From positions 1,499 to 65,498 of the forward strand of contig CAJUEF010000004.1 of assembly GCA_910585035.1 (NCBI GenBank): 64,000 nt of DNA, written 5' to 3'. The position numbers and the translations under genes were made by a program. Positions 29,312-39,328 of this stretch are shown one piece after another. The first letter of the stretch is position 1. Every line of letters begins with the position of its first letter. The stretch comes from an uncultured Christensenellaceae bacterium. Lineage in GTDB: Bacteria; Bacillota; Clostridia; Christensenellales; MGBC116941. The notes beneath the pieces were generated by a model. The model did no database searches. It worked only from the letters and a program-made list of their open reading frames with translations, and was not told the DNA's origin.

Positions 29312-29899
29312 TCACCACCTGCTGTAATGACCCCGAACATCCACATGGGTGAAATAGCTGTATTTGCCAACTCCGCCGCTGTCTCCCACAGTTTTATCAG
29401 CAATTTCATACATTTTTTCCGCAGAAATGTCTTTGGTCTGAATATCCGCAGCTGCAGCATAAAGGTGCTGTGATTCTTGAGCGCCTTCAACCTTTTTGTT
29501 ATATGAAGGTGTGCGGTATCCGCTCATAATGGTTACAGGAACATTTCCGTATGCAGAACGAACCTTTTCCAGCATATTCATTAAGGACTGTAAATTATTC
29601 CAATATTCCGGCGGAACATCGGTTCCGTCCTTACATTTGAATTCAGACATTTTAAAATGTTCACTGCGGGGTTCTTCTGAGCCTTGTGAAATTCCCAGTT
29701 TTTCATAGGTATCAGGTCCCACAATGCCGTCGGATGCAATGCCTTTTTCCTGCTGAAATTTTTTAACTGCAGACTGGGTTTGCTTGCCGAATATAGAATC
29801 CAGGTTTCCTTTATAAAAGCCTAAAGACTGCAACTTTTTTTGAGCGTCAAGAATTTGACTGCTTTTCATCATTGGATCTGTTAATTTTAGTAATTTCAT
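29312..29899 (-). CDS. peptidoglycan-binding domain + M15A (D-Ala-D-Ala carboxypeptidase-like) peptidase; endolysin-like
   Basis: N-terminal PG_binding_1 repeat (LQSLGFYKGNLDSIFGKQTQSAVKKFQQEKGIASDGIVGPDTY). C-terminal M15A zinc motifs SQHLYAAAADI and FTHVDVR. Confidence 0.8.
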   Translation of the reverse strand: MKLLKLTDPMMKSSQILDAQKKLQSLGFYKGNLDSIFGKQTQSAVKKFQQEKGIASDGIVGPDTYEKLGISQGSEEPRSEHFKMSEFKCKDGTDVPPEYWNNLQSLMNMLEKVRSAYGNVPVTIMSGYRTPSYNKKVEGAQESQHLYAAAADIQTKDISAEKMYEIADKTVGDSGGVGKYSYFTHVDVRGHYSRW

Positions 29900-30001
29900 T
29901 TTTATTCCCCCTTAATGCTTAATATTATTTTAATTTAAAAATTGTGCGTGTTTATCAGGAGATACTGCTTTTTATTAAAGGGGACTGGATTTTGATATAT
30001 T

Positions 30002-30030
30002 AAAAAAGCTGCCCTTTTGAGCAGCTTTTT
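30002..30030 (-). terminator. intrinsic terminator after murC
   Basis: aaaagctgc (30003-30011) / gcagctttt (30021-30029), 7 nt beyond the murC stop on the - strand. Confidence 0.7.
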
Positions 30031-30036
30031 AACAGT

Positions 30037-31398
30037 TTAATCCAGGAGTATTTTTACTTTTTCGCCTATATCGCCGGCGCCTATTGCAAGAATAATATCT
30101 TCATTTTCTTTTTTATCTGCAAAGTATTCTTTAACGCCTTCAAAGTCAGGAATATAAACGGCGTTTCCTCCTTTTGAGTTGACTGTTTGTACAATATCTT
30201 TTGCATGAATTTTTCCTTCGTCTTTTTCTCTTGCCGGATATATATCTGTAACTATAACCTCATCTAAATCCTTTAAAGCTTCCCCAAATTCATCGAGATG
30301 ATTTATGGCGCGGGTAAAGGTGTGGCATTGAAATATTCCTATTAGTCTGTCATGAGGAAGCGGCTCTGCGGTTTTAATACATGCTCTTATTTCTGTAGGA
30401 TGGTGAGCATAATCATGAATTAATGTCATGCTGCCAACCTTTCCGTAGTATTCAAAACGTCTTTTAGTAAGTTTGTATTCTTCTAAGTCTTTACAGCTGT
30501 TTTCTACAGGAATGCCTAAATTATAGCATACTATTATGGCGGCAAGGGCATTTTGAACATTGTGCTCTCCGGGCACGTTTAAGTTACATGAGGACAGCAC
30601 TTTTCCATTTCTCAGCACATTAAAGGTTGTTGAGCCGGAAGAATGATGAACGATATCCTTCGCTTGCCATTCCCCCTCTCCGTTTACGTTGTAGGTTTGA
30701 ACGCTGCAATTTACTTTTGCCGCAATATTACGAACTCGGTCGTCACCTGAGTTGGCTATAAGCAAGCCTGATTTTGGAAGCTGTTTTGCAAAAGTTAAAA
30801 ATGAAGCTGTGATATTTTCCATGCTGCCGAAAAAGTTTAAATGGTCATTATCAATATTATTTATTACAGCCATGGTGAGACTGAACTGATGATAGCTGTT
30901 TTCATATTCACAGGCCTCGGCTATAAAAATATTGCCGGAGCCAATGTGGGTTCCGCCGCCTTTAAAAAAGGGAACGCTTGCGCCAATATGAATAGTGGGG
31001 TCAACATTTTCTTTTAAAGTGATTAATCCTATCATAGAGGTAATGGTAGTTTTGCCGTGACAGCCGGCAATGCCTATCGCAGTTTCAAATTCTTTGGTGA
31101 TTTTGCCTAAAAAGGTTGCTCTGTCCACGGTCATTATACCTTTGCGGCGGGCTTCCCTTAATTCTTCATTATCTTCAGATATGGCAGCGGTATGAACCAC
31201 TATATCCTGATCCTTTATATTTTCTTTCTTCTGCCCTATTATAACCGGAATACCTTTTGATTCAAGATATTCCGTAAAAGGTGATTTTGCCATATCCGAG
31301 CCGGTGATTTCATGGCCTCTGCTTTTCATAATAAGCGCAAGGCCGTTCATGCTGGAACCGCCTATGCCGATAAAATGAATTTTTAATTTGTTTTCCAT
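30037..31398 (-). CDS. murC: UDP-N-acetylmuramate--L-alanine ligase
   Basis: IHFIGIGGSSMNGLA, GIAGCHGKTTITSM and the Mur-ligase middle and C-terminal domains. Confidence 0.92.
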   Translation of the reverse strand: MENKLKIHFIGIGGSSMNGLALIMKSRGHEITGSDMAKSPFTEYLESKGIPVIIGQKKENIKDQDIVVHTAAISEDNEELREARRKGIMTVDRATFLGKITKEFETAIGIAGCHGKTTITSMIGLITLKENVDPTIHIGASVPFFKGGGTHIGSGNIFIAEACEYENSYHQFSLTMAVINNIDNDHLNFFGSMENITASFLTFAKQLPKSGLLIANSGDDRVRNIAAKVNCSVQTYNVNGEGEWQAKDIVHHSSGSTTFNVLRNGKVLSSCNLNVPGEHNVQNALAAIIVCYNLGIPVENSCKDLEEYKLTKRRFEYYGKVGSMTLIHDYAHHPTEIRACIKTAEPLPHDRLIGIFQCHTFTRAINHLDEFGEALKDLDEVIVTDIYPAREKDEGKIHAKDIVQTVNSKGGNAVYIPDFEGVKEYFADKKENEDIILAIGAGDIGEKVKILLD

Positions 31399-31550
31399 AT
31401 GATGTGCCTCCGAAAGTAACAGCCGTTTCAGGCTGATGGTATATCTATTATACGCCTATAATTATAAATTTATCAATGCTAAAAAGTAATTTAGCTTTTT
31501 TTCTGTTTTTGAGGTATAATATTCATATATGCTACCAGGGAGGTTCAATA

Positions 31551-32372
31551 ATGGAAAGAATCAAGCGGAATGAACGCATAGCTGTTATGATGAAAATGTT
31601 TTTGGATGCGCCTAATACGCTTTTTACATTAAGCAGCTTTAGCAGTCTGTTTGGTATAGCCAAAACAACTATATCCGAAGATGTGCTGCTAATGCGTGAG
31701 ATTTTTGCAAAATATGATTTGGGGAAACTTGAAGCAAATATGGGGGCAAGCGGTGGAATAAAGTATATTCCTATGATTAGCAAGGAGGCGGCTCTTGACA
31801 GCATAATGGATATATGCAGTGTTCTCTCAAAAAATGACAGAAAGTTGGACGGTGGATATATATTTATAAGCGATCTAATGTCCAATCCTCGTTTTGTAAA
31901 CAGGATGGCGGATATATTTGTATCCAACTTTTACAAAACCCAGCCGGATTTTATTGTGACCATGGCGTCTAAAGGCATACCTCTTGCGGCTGCGGTTGCT
32001 ACAAAGTTGTCAAAACAGCTTGTTGTTATTTCAAGAGAAAAAAAGGTAACTGACGGCACTTGCGTCAGCATTCACTATTTTCCCCACGGAAAGACTGAAG
32101 GAAAGCAGATGACAGTGAGCAAAAAAATGATAAAGCCGGGACAAAGAGCGCTGGTAATTGATGACTTTATGCGCAACGGCGGAACCATTAAAGGTATATG
32201 CGAAATGATGAAGGAATTTTCCGCAACTGTTACGGGAATAGGCGTTGCCATAGCAACAAAGCAGCCTGCAAGAAAGGTTGTTGACGATTATAGATCCCTT
32301 ATGGTTGTGGATAACGTGCAGTTTACAAACGAAATATCCTTGGAGCCGTCAGAATGGATAAAATCATTGTAA
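31551..32372 (+). CDS. purR: pur operon repressor
   Basis: MERIKRNERIAVMMKMFLDAPN... is the PurR N-terminal winged helix. The C-terminal PRTase domain carries ALVIDDFMRNGGT. ATG 31551 follows GGAGG. Confidence 0.9.
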   Translation: MERIKRNERIAVMMKMFLDAPNTLFTLSSFSSLFGIAKTTISEDVLLMREIFAKYDLGKLEANMGASGGIKYIPMISKEAALDSIMDICSVLSKNDRKLDGGYIFISDLMSNPRFVNRMADIFVSNFYKTQPDFIVTMASKGIPLAAAVATKLSKQLVVISREKKVTDGTCVSIHYFPHGKTEGKQMTVSKKMIKPGQRALVIDDFMRNGGTIKGICEMMKEFSATVTGIGVAIATKQPARKVVDDYRSLMVVDNVQFTNEISLEPSEWIKSL

Positions 32373-32390
32373 AATGAGAACGTATATATC

Positions 32391-32419
32391 TTGTAAAATA
32401 ACAGAGTATATATTATAAT
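32391..32419 (+). promoter_or_regulatory. candidate sigma-A promoter for spoVG
   Basis: TTGTAA (32391-32396), a 17-nt spacer, then TATAAT (32414-32419). Confidence 0.55.
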
Positions 32420-32461
32420 ACAATCAAATACAAATAGTGACAAAAAGGAGAAGTACAAAAA

Positions 32462-32731
32462 GTGAACATTACAGATATCAGAATTCGTAAAATTAACTCT
32501 GAAGGAAAGATGAAGGCTATTGTATCAGTTACTATTGATGACATGTTCGTAGTTCATGACATGAAGGTAATCGAGGGACAAAGTGGTTTGTTTGTTGCGA
32601 TGCCTAGCAGAAAGACACCTGATGGCGAATATAAAGATATAGCTCATCCAATTAATACTGAGGCAAGAGAAATGATTCAGGGGAAAATTCTTGAAGCTTA
32701 TAACAATATGCCTGATGAGGATGCTGAGTAA
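32462..32731 (+). CDS. spoVG: septation/regulatory protein SpoVG
   Basis: GTG start. [63 protein letters not shown] is the canonical SpoVG sequence. Confidence 0.93.
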   Translation: MNITDIRIRKINSEGKMKAIVSVTIDDMFVVHDMKVIEGQSGLFVAMPSRKTPDGEYKDIAHPINTEAREMIQGKILEAYNNMPDEDAE

Positions 32732-32831
32732 ACCGGGTTATTGATTTTAATAGAGCATATATGAAAACGGGAGTGAAAGAAAGTTTTCTCCCTTTCTTTA
32801 CTGCACGGTTTTACTATAGTTATTAAGATAT

Positions 32832-32878
32832 AACTCAAAGCAAAAAACTGTTTTTGTTTTGAGTTTTTTCTTTTTTTG
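32832..32878 (+). terminator. intrinsic terminator after spoVG
   Basis: 15-bp stem aactcaaagcaaaaa / tttttgttttgagtt (32832-32865, with one G-U pair) followed by a T-rich tract. Confidence 0.75.
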
Positions 32879-32954
32879 GTCTATATTAATTGCTTTTTAT
32901 ATAAACTAATTGTATTATTATAATAGCAGCATTTAAAAACGAAAGGGACATTTT

Positions 32955-34319
32955 ATGGAATTTGTAACGGTAATTATGGCGGCCGGAAAGGGCACCAGAA
33001 TGAAGTCGGAGCTTCCAAAGGTGCTTTTTAAGGCGTGCGGAAAGCCAATGATTGATTGGGTTTTGGAAGCATGCAGCGTGAAAAACAGGCCTATAGTTGT
33101 GGTAGGTCATAAAAAAGAGGATGTTATTGCCAAGATAAAAGGCAAGGCTGATTATGTGGTTCAGGATGAACAAAAGGGCACGGGTCATGCTGTTTCAATG
33201 GCAATGGATTATCTTAAAAATAATGCAGATGGTTACACTATTGTGCTTGCAGGGGATATGCCTCTTATAAAAAAAGATACAATTAATAAGCTTAAGGAAA
33301 TGGCAAAAAGCGGATATGACGGAATAGTGCTGACCGCAAAGGTGGATAATCCCTTTGGTTATGGGCGGATTGTCCGCGATGAAAGCGGAAAGTTTGTGGA
33401 GATTGTTGAAGAAAAGGACGCAAGCTGCGAGCAGCGCAAAATAAATGAAATTAATTCATCTGTTTATTGTATTCGGACAAAATTACTTATTGAATGTCTT
33501 GGCAAGCTTGGCTGTGATAATGCAGCGGGAGAATACTATCTTACGGACGTTATTAAAATTCTTTCATCTGATTATAAAATTTCTACATTATGCACCTCAT
33601 TTGAAGAATGCCTTGGGGTAAACTCCAAAGCACAGCTTGCGGCTGCATCTGAAGTGCTTCGCATACGCATTAATAACAGGCATATGGAAAACGGCGTTAT
33701 CATAATTGATCCAAATACAACCTACATAGAAGATACGGTACGCATAGGCGCTGACAGCACTATTTATCCAAATAATATTTTGGAAGGAAATACTGTTATT
33801 GAAGAAGAATGTGTAATTCTACAGGGAAACAGAATAGCAGATTCGCATATTGCAAAAGGAGCCACTATACAATCAAGCGTAATAACCGAGGCAAAAGTGG
33901 GAGAAAACACCACTGTTGGGCCTTTTGCATATTTAAGACCAAAGTCAGTAGTTGGCGCAGACTGCCGCATAGGTGATTTTGTTGAGGTGAAAAACAGCAG
34001 TATAGACGACGGCACAAAAGTATCTCATCTCACTTATGTGGGAGACAGTGATGTTGGCAAGGGCGTGAATATTGGCTGCGGAGTTGTGTTTGTTAATTAT
34101 GACGGTATAAACAAGCACAGAAGCGTAGTTGAGGATAACTGTTTTATCGGCTGTAATACAAACCTAATTTCACCGGTAAAGCTTGGACATGGCGCATATG
34201 TTGCCGCCGGCACTACAGTGACAGAGGATGTGGAAAGCGGAGCGCTTTGCATAGGCAGAAGCAGACAAACGGTTAAAACCGATTGGAATAATAAGTGGAA
34301 AAAGGAAAGGGATAAGTAA
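32955..34319 (+). CDS. glmU: bifunctional UDP-GlcNAc pyrophosphorylase / GlcN-1-P N-acetyltransferase
   Basis: AAGKGTRMKS and GTGHAV, plus C-terminal left-handed beta-helix hexapeptide repeats. Confidence 0.92.
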   Translation: MEFVTVIMAAGKGTRMKSELPKVLFKACGKPMIDWVLEACSVKNRPIVVVGHKKEDVIAKIKGKADYVVQDEQKGTGHAVSMAMDYLKNNADGYTIVLAGDMPLIKKDTINKLKEMAKSGYDGIVLTAKVDNPFGYGRIVRDESGKFVEIVEEKDASCEQRKINEINSSVYCIRTKLLIECLGKLGCDNAAGEYYLTDVIKILSSDYKISTLCTSFEECLGVNSKAQLAAASEVLRIRINNRHMENGVIIIDPNTTYIEDTVRIGADSTIYPNNILEGNTVIEEECVILQGNRIADSHIAKGATIQSSVITEAKVGENTTVGPFAYLRPKSVVGADCRIGDFVEVKNSSIDDGTKVSHLTYVGDSDVGKGVNIGCGVVFVNYDGINKHRSVVEDNCFIGCNTNLISPVKLGHGAYVAAGTTVTEDVESGALCIGRSRQTVKTDWNNKWKKERDK

Positions 34320-34321
34320 AC

Positions 34322-35272
34322 ATGACCAGTGAACGCGATATTAAAATTTTTACGGGCAATTCAAATCCTAAGCTTGCAAACGAGATTGCAGAGCTGCTTG
34401 GCGAAGAAATGGGCAATGCCACTGTTGGAACCTTCAGCGATGGAGAAATAAGCGTGAATATTATAGACTCGGTGCGAGGTAAGGATGTTTTTCTTATCCA
34501 GTCTACGTGTACGCCAGTAAACAACAATCTTATGGAGCTGCTTATAATGGTAGACGCATTAAAGAGGGCGTCTGCACAGACAATAACGGCGGTTATTCCA
34601 TACATGGGTTATGCGCGCCAAGACAGAAAGGTAAGACCCCATGACCCTATTACCGCAAAACTGGTTGCCGATCTTTTGACAGTTGCAGGGGTGGACAGAA
34701 TTCTTTCCATTGATTTACATGTGGAACAGATACAGGCATTTTTTAATATTCCTGTAGACCATCTAAAAGGCGTACCTGTTCTTGCCGCTCACTACCTTGA
34801 AAGAAATTTTGATACTAACGATATGGTTGTTGTGTCTCCTGATATTGGCAGCGTTACAAGGGCAAGATATTTTGCCAAAAAAGTGGACGCTCCTCTTGCT
34901 ATTATTGATAAGAGACGCCCTAAAGCCAATGTTTCACAGGTTATGAATATTATTGGCGAGGTTGAGGGCAAGCGCGCAGTTATTGTGGACGACCTTTTAG
35001 ATACGGGAGGAACCTTTATAAACGCTGCAAATGCTCTTATGGACAAGGGTGCTCTTGAGGTTTACGGCTGCATTACCCATGCGGTGCTTTCGGGAAATGC
35101 AATAAATAGAATTGAAGAATCATGTATTAAAGAAATAGTTGCTCTAAATACAATTCCAAGCGACAGGCTAAAGGATTCTACCAAATTCAGGACCCTTTCT
35201 GTTGCGCCTGTATTTGCAAAGGCGATTGAAAGAATTTATAAGAATAGGCCTATAAGTTCTCTTAACGAGTAA
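34322..35272 (+). CDS. prs: ribose-phosphate pyrophosphokinase
   Basis: IKIFTGNSNPKLANEIA, GYARQDRK and the PRPP-binding loop VIVDDLLDTGGT. Confidence 0.93.
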   Translation: MTSERDIKIFTGNSNPKLANEIAELLGEEMGNATVGTFSDGEISVNIIDSVRGKDVFLIQSTCTPVNNNLMELLIMVDALKRASAQTITAVIPYMGYARQDRKVRPHDPITAKLVADLLTVAGVDRILSIDLHVEQIQAFFNIPVDHLKGVPVLAAHYLERNFDTNDMVVVSPDIGSVTRARYFAKKVDAPLAIIDKRRPKANVSQVMNIIGEVEGKRAVIVDDLLDTGGTFINAANALMDKGALEVYGCITHAVLSGNAINRIEESCIKEIVALNTIPSDRLKDSTKFRTLSVAPVFAKAIERIYKNRPISSLNE

Positions 35273-35366
35273 CAGTATTTCGAGTTTTGGGGCTTTTGGA
35301 AAGGTTTTAGCAGTACCTGCCAAGGGGGCTTTTAAACTTATTTACATGTGATTATAATATTTGTAT

Positions 35367-35393
35367 CGGCGGGGATGTTGCCCCGCCGGTTTT
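35367..35393 (+). terminator. GC-rich intrinsic terminator between prs and pth
   Basis: cggcgggg (35367-35374) / ccccgccg (35381-35388) followed by gtttt. Confidence 0.65.
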
Positions 35394-35410
35394 AGGCTAC
35401 GGAGGAAAAA

Positions 35411-35956
35411 ATGTATTTAATTGCGGGTCTGGGAAATCCGGGAATAAAATATGAATTTACAAGGCATAATGCAGGATTTCTCACAGTGGATTATTTATGC
35501 GATGAATTGAATATAAAATGCAACAGAAACGGTTTTTTTGCTAAAAGCTGTTCTGTTAATCATAAAGGGCAAAAGCTTGTTATAGCAAAGCCCCAAACCT
35601 ACATGAATGACAGCGGGCGCAGTATCCGTGTGCTAATGGATTATTACGGCATTAAAGCGGATAAATTGATTGTAATTTATGATGATGTTGACATTCCATT
35701 GGGTAAGCTGCGAATAAGACCAAAGGGAAGCAGCGGACACCATAACGGTATGAAAAGCATAATTGAGCATGTAGGTACAAATGATTTTGCACGTATACGC
35801 ATGGGAATAGGGAAACCTGAGCATGATATGGTAAATCATGTTCTTGGAAGAATGAGCGATGAGGAGCTAAAGACAATTCCTTTTGACAAGGGAGCGGGGG
35901 CTGCCTTAACCATTGTTGAATATGGTGTGGAAAGAGCGCAGGCCGCTTGTAATTAA
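35411..35956 (+). CDS. pth: peptidyl-tRNA hydrolase
   Basis: MYLIAGLGNPGIKYEFTRHNAGF and GHHNGMKS. Confidence 0.93.
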   Translation: MYLIAGLGNPGIKYEFTRHNAGFLTVDYLCDELNIKCNRNGFFAKSCSVNHKGQKLVIAKPQTYMNDSGRSIRVLMDYYGIKADKLIVIYDDVDIPLGKLRIRPKGSSGHHNGMKSIIEHVGTNDFARIRMGIGKPEHDMVNHVLGRMSDEELKTIPFDKGAGAALTIVEYGVERAQAACN

Positions 35957-35972
35957 TCTTTACGGAGAAAAG

Positions 35973-38900
35973 ATGAAAGATACTGTTTACGGGCTTACAG
36001 GTGCGGCAAAGCTGCACTATGCCTATGAAATGGCAAAAAAAGAAAACAGACCTTTGCTTTATATTACTTTTAATGAAATTGAACGGGCAAAGGCTCATAT
36101 GGATTTATCAGCATTTATGGACGCCGTATCCTTTGAGGGCAGAAGCATTCAGTTTATGGAAAGCGGAATACGCACTGATTCTGCAAAGAGGATAGAGGCA
36201 ATAACAGGCGCTCTTGAGGGGAAGAGCGTTGTGGCATCCATAGATGCTCTTTTGCCATACCTTGCTCCAAGGAGTGAATTTGAAAAATCTGTTACAAACT
36301 TAAAGACAAATATGGAGATAGAGCTGGAGGATTTGAAAGTCAAGCTTCTGTCTTTGGGGTATGAACGGGTTGACATGGTTGAGGCTCAGGACCAGTTCGC
36401 AATAAGGGGAGATATTGTTGATATTGGCTGCGGCTACCGCTTAGAATTTTTTGACAATGTTATATATTCCATTAAAGAGTTTAATTTGGAAACCCAGCTG
36501 AGTGGAAATACAGTTGATAAAATAGATGTAATTCCCGTTATCAGCGTGCCGGTGTTATCCTATGACAGGATATATGGGTTTTTAAACGAAGAATACGAAA
36601 AGCGCAGCAGCTCTGTAGAAGCAGGGGATTCTAAAATGGCTGCCAGGCTGCTTTCGTATATAAATTCAATAGGCAAGGGGATGCCTTTTGCAGATTTGGA
36701 GAATTTTGCTTTTTATGCTTTTAAAACTCCGGCTTCACTTTTGGATTATATGAATAATCCCATTGTTGTGTTTGACGACTTAGATAAAGTAAAGGAAAGG
36801 ATTGAGACTTTAAAATCCAACTACACACAAAAGTTTACCGCCCATTTTAGTAAGGGGCAAGCTTTGGTTTTCCACGAAAACGCTTTAGACTTTGGGCTTG
36901 CAGACAGACTTACAGATACCTGCGTGGACTTTAAGGAATTTATAGATGCTGATGCCAGGTCGGTTATTAACACTAAAAGTATTTACTATAAGCCTGCAAT
37001 GGGGGAAGAATTTTTCAACTTTGTAAAAAGCGGAAAGGATTACAAGACATACGTTTTTTGCGGCAGTGAAAACAGGGCGAAACGCTTTTTGGAAATGCTC
37101 CGTGAAAGAGATATAGGAGCATTTTACGGTGAAGAATTCGGGGATATGGATTATGGCAGAATATGTGTACTGCCTCTTGCTTTAAGCGGCAGTGCGGAAT
37201 ACACCGACAGAAAAATTCGGCTGATTTCCGACCAGGTTCAGCCAAAGAAAAAACAAAAACAGCGGTCTGCCATAGATGTATTTACCGATATAAAAGCAGG
37301 AGACTATGTGGTGCACGACGTTCATGGCATAGGCAGATACCTTGGTATAAAATCTGTAACTTCCATGAAAAAGACAAGGGATTATCTCAGCATTGAATAC
37401 AGGGACGGGGGAATGCTCTATCTTCCCACAGAGCAGATGGACAGGCTGCAAAAGTATGTGGGAGGCGGGGAGCAGTCTCCCCGCCTTTCTAAGATAGGCG
37501 GCAATGAATGGAAAAAGGTTAAGGAAAAGGTAAGCAAAAACGTTGAGGATATGGCTGAGGATTTAGTGCGCCTTTATGCCAGCAGGGCGTCTAAAAAAGG
37601 GTATGCCTTTTCTCAGGATACGCCGTGGCAGCAGGAATTTGAGGATAGCTTTGAATATGAGGACACTCCTGACCAGGCAGCCAGTATTAAAGAAATTAAA
37701 GCAGATATGGAAAGCGGAATGATAATGGACAGGTTGCTTTGCGGGGATGTGGGTTACGGAAAAACAGAGGTAGCCATTCGGGCAATGTTTAAATGTGTTA
37801 TGGATGGTAAGCAGGCGGCTATGCTTGCGCCGACTGTAGTGCTTGCAAAACAGCATTATAACACGGTATCCGAGCGCCTTAAAGGCTACCCGGTAAAGGT
37901 TGCACTGCTGTCAAGATTTTCAGGAACAAAAGAGATTAAGGAAACGGAAAAAGCTCTTAAAAATGGAGAGATAGATATTATTATAGGTACGCATAAGCTG
38001 CTGAATAAAAGTGTTGAATATAAAGATTTAGGTCTTTTGGTGGTGGATGAGGAGCAGCGGTTTGGGGTTAAACATAAAGAGCAGATAAAAATACTCAAAA
38101 ATAACGTGGATGTGCTCACCTTATCTGCAACTCCTATTCCAAGAACACTTTATATGTCCCTTACGGGAATAAGGGATATTAGCGTTATAAACACTCCTCC
38201 GCTTTTAAGGCAGACAGTTGCAACTTATGTTATGGAATATAATCTGGATTTGGTTGTAGACGCCATTAACGATGAAATACAAAGGGGAGGGCAGGTTTAT
38301 TTTCTTTACAATGACGTGTCCTCCATTGAAAGCTTTGGTTACCGGCTCTCCCAAAGTCTGCCGGGGGTAAGCATAGATATAGGTCACGGACAAATGAATA
38401 AAGACAGACTGGACAAAGTTATGCTTGACTTTTATTCAGGAGATACTCAGGTGCTGCTGTGTTCTACAATTATAGAATCCGGCCTTGATGTGACCAATGC
38501 CAATACCATAATTGTTTATGATGCGGACAGGTTTGGTTTAAGCCAGCTTTATCAGTTAAGGGGAAGAGTTGGAAGAGGACAAGCTCAAGCATATGCTTAT
38601 TTTACTTACAGGGGAAATTTATCAGAAAAAGCTTATAAGCGCCTTTCCGCCATAAAGGATTTTACGGAATTTGGCTCAGGATTTAAAATAGCTATGAGGG
38701 ATTTGGAAATAAGGGGAGCGGGGAATATTTTAGGAAGCGCTCAGTCAGGCAATATGGCGGCTGTTGGTTATGATATGTATTGCCGGCTCATACAGGGCGC
38801 CGTGAATAAAATTCGCGGTATTGAAACAAAGCAGGATTTTGAAACAACAATCAAGCTGGATGTTGACGCGTTTATTCCGGATAATTACATTGAAAATGAA

Positions 38901-39272
38901 GAGATTAAAATAGATGTTTATAAACGCATAGCAGAGGTGGATTCAAAAGAGGCGGCGGAAAAAATTGCGGATGAACTTGCAGACCGTTTTGGCAAACTGC
39001 CTTTCGCTGTTATGAGACTGCTCTATGTTGCTGTTTTAAAAGCGCTTTGCCAGAGGATGAAAATACCTGCAGTGGAACAGGGCATTAACACTATTGTAAT
39101 AAAGATGGATGAGGGGAGCAAAATAGATAATGAAAAGCTTTTGGAGCGCATGGCAAAACTTAATCTGACGCTGGAAAATGGTTGTAAAATCCGTTTTCCT
39201 ATGAGTGGCAAAAATGAAGAAGCTATGATTTTAGAATTAGTAGATTTCCTTAAATCCATTTGCTGTGGTTGA
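35973..39272 (+). CDS. mfd: transcription-repair coupling factor
   Basis: CarD-like domain (GDYVVHDVHGIGRY), superfamily-2 helicase motifs (GDVGYGKTEVA, DEEQRFG, SATPIPRT, QLRGRVGR) and a TRCF C-terminal domain. ATG 35973 follows GGAG. The track start at 35913 overlaps pth. Confidence 0.92.
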   Translation: MKDTVYGLTGAAKLHYAYEMAKKENRPLLYITFNEIERAKAHMDLSAFMDAVSFEGRSIQFMESGIRTDSAKRIEAITGALEGKSVVASIDALLPYLAPRSEFEKSVTNLKTNMEIELEDLKVKLLSLGYERVDMVEAQDQFAIRGDIVDIGCGYRLEFFDNVIYSIKEFNLETQLSGNTVDKIDVIPVISVPVLSYDRIYGFLNEEYEKRSSSVEAGDSKMAARLLSYINSIGKGMPFADLENFAFYAFKTPASLLDYMNNPIVVFDDLDKVKERIETLKSNYTQKFTAHFSKGQALVFHENALDFGLADRLTDTCVDFKEFIDADARSVINTKSIYYKPAMGEEFFNFVKSGKDYKTYVFCGSENRAKRFLEMLRERDIGAFYGEEFGDMDYGRICVLPLALSGSAEYTDRKIRLISDQVQPKKKQKQRSAIDVFTDIKAGDYVVHDVHGIGRYLGIKSVTSMKKTRDYLSIEYRDGGMLYLPTEQMDRLQKYVGGGEQSPRLSKIGGNEWKKVKEKVSKNVEDMAEDLVRLYASRASKKGYAFSQDTPWQQEFEDSFEYEDTPDQAASIKEIKADMESGMIMDRLLCGDVGYGKTEVAIRAMFKCVMDGKQAAMLAPTVVLAKQHYNTVSERLKGYPVKVALLSRFSGTKEIKETEKALKNGEIDIIIGTHKLLNKSVEYKDLGLLVVDEEQRFGVKHKEQIKILKNNVDVLTLSATPIPRTLYMSLTGIRDISVINTPPLLRQTVATYVMEYNLDLVVDAINDEIQRGGQVYFLYNDVSSIESFGYRLSQSLPGVSIDIGHGQMNKDRLDKVMLDFYSGDTQVLLCSTIIESGLDVTNANTIIVYDADRFGLSQLYQLRGRVGRGQAQAYAYFTYRGNLSEKAYKRLSAIKDFTEFGSGFKIAMRDLEIRGAGNILGSAQSGNMAAVGYDMYCRLIQGAVNKIRGIETKQDFETTIKLDVDAFIPDNYIENEEIKIDVYKRIAEVDSKEAAEKIADELADRFGKLPFAVMRLLYVAVLKALCQRMKIPAVEQGINTIVIKMDEGSKIDNEKLLERMAKLNLTLENGCKIRFPMSGKNEEAMILELVDFLKSICCG

Positions 39273-39328
39273 TTTTTTAATATAATTTTTATACAATAAA
39301 AGTTATTATATGAAGAACAGGAGACGAT

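Noticed and set aside
29296-29490. A 65-codon N-terminal extension of the holin ORF (track ORF 28999..29490).
   Set aside because: It overlaps the 3' end of the M15 peptidase gene in another frame. The internal ATG at 29295 has a perfect AAGGAGG and starts exactly at the conserved holin N-terminus MKINWKVR.
25045-29899. Treating the XRE/AbrB genes together with the holin/endolysin pair as a prophage.
   Set aside because: They are separated by an unrelated four-gene operon. No integrase, terminase, portal, capsid, tail genes or att-like direct repeats are visible. At most these are isolated remnants or domesticated modules.
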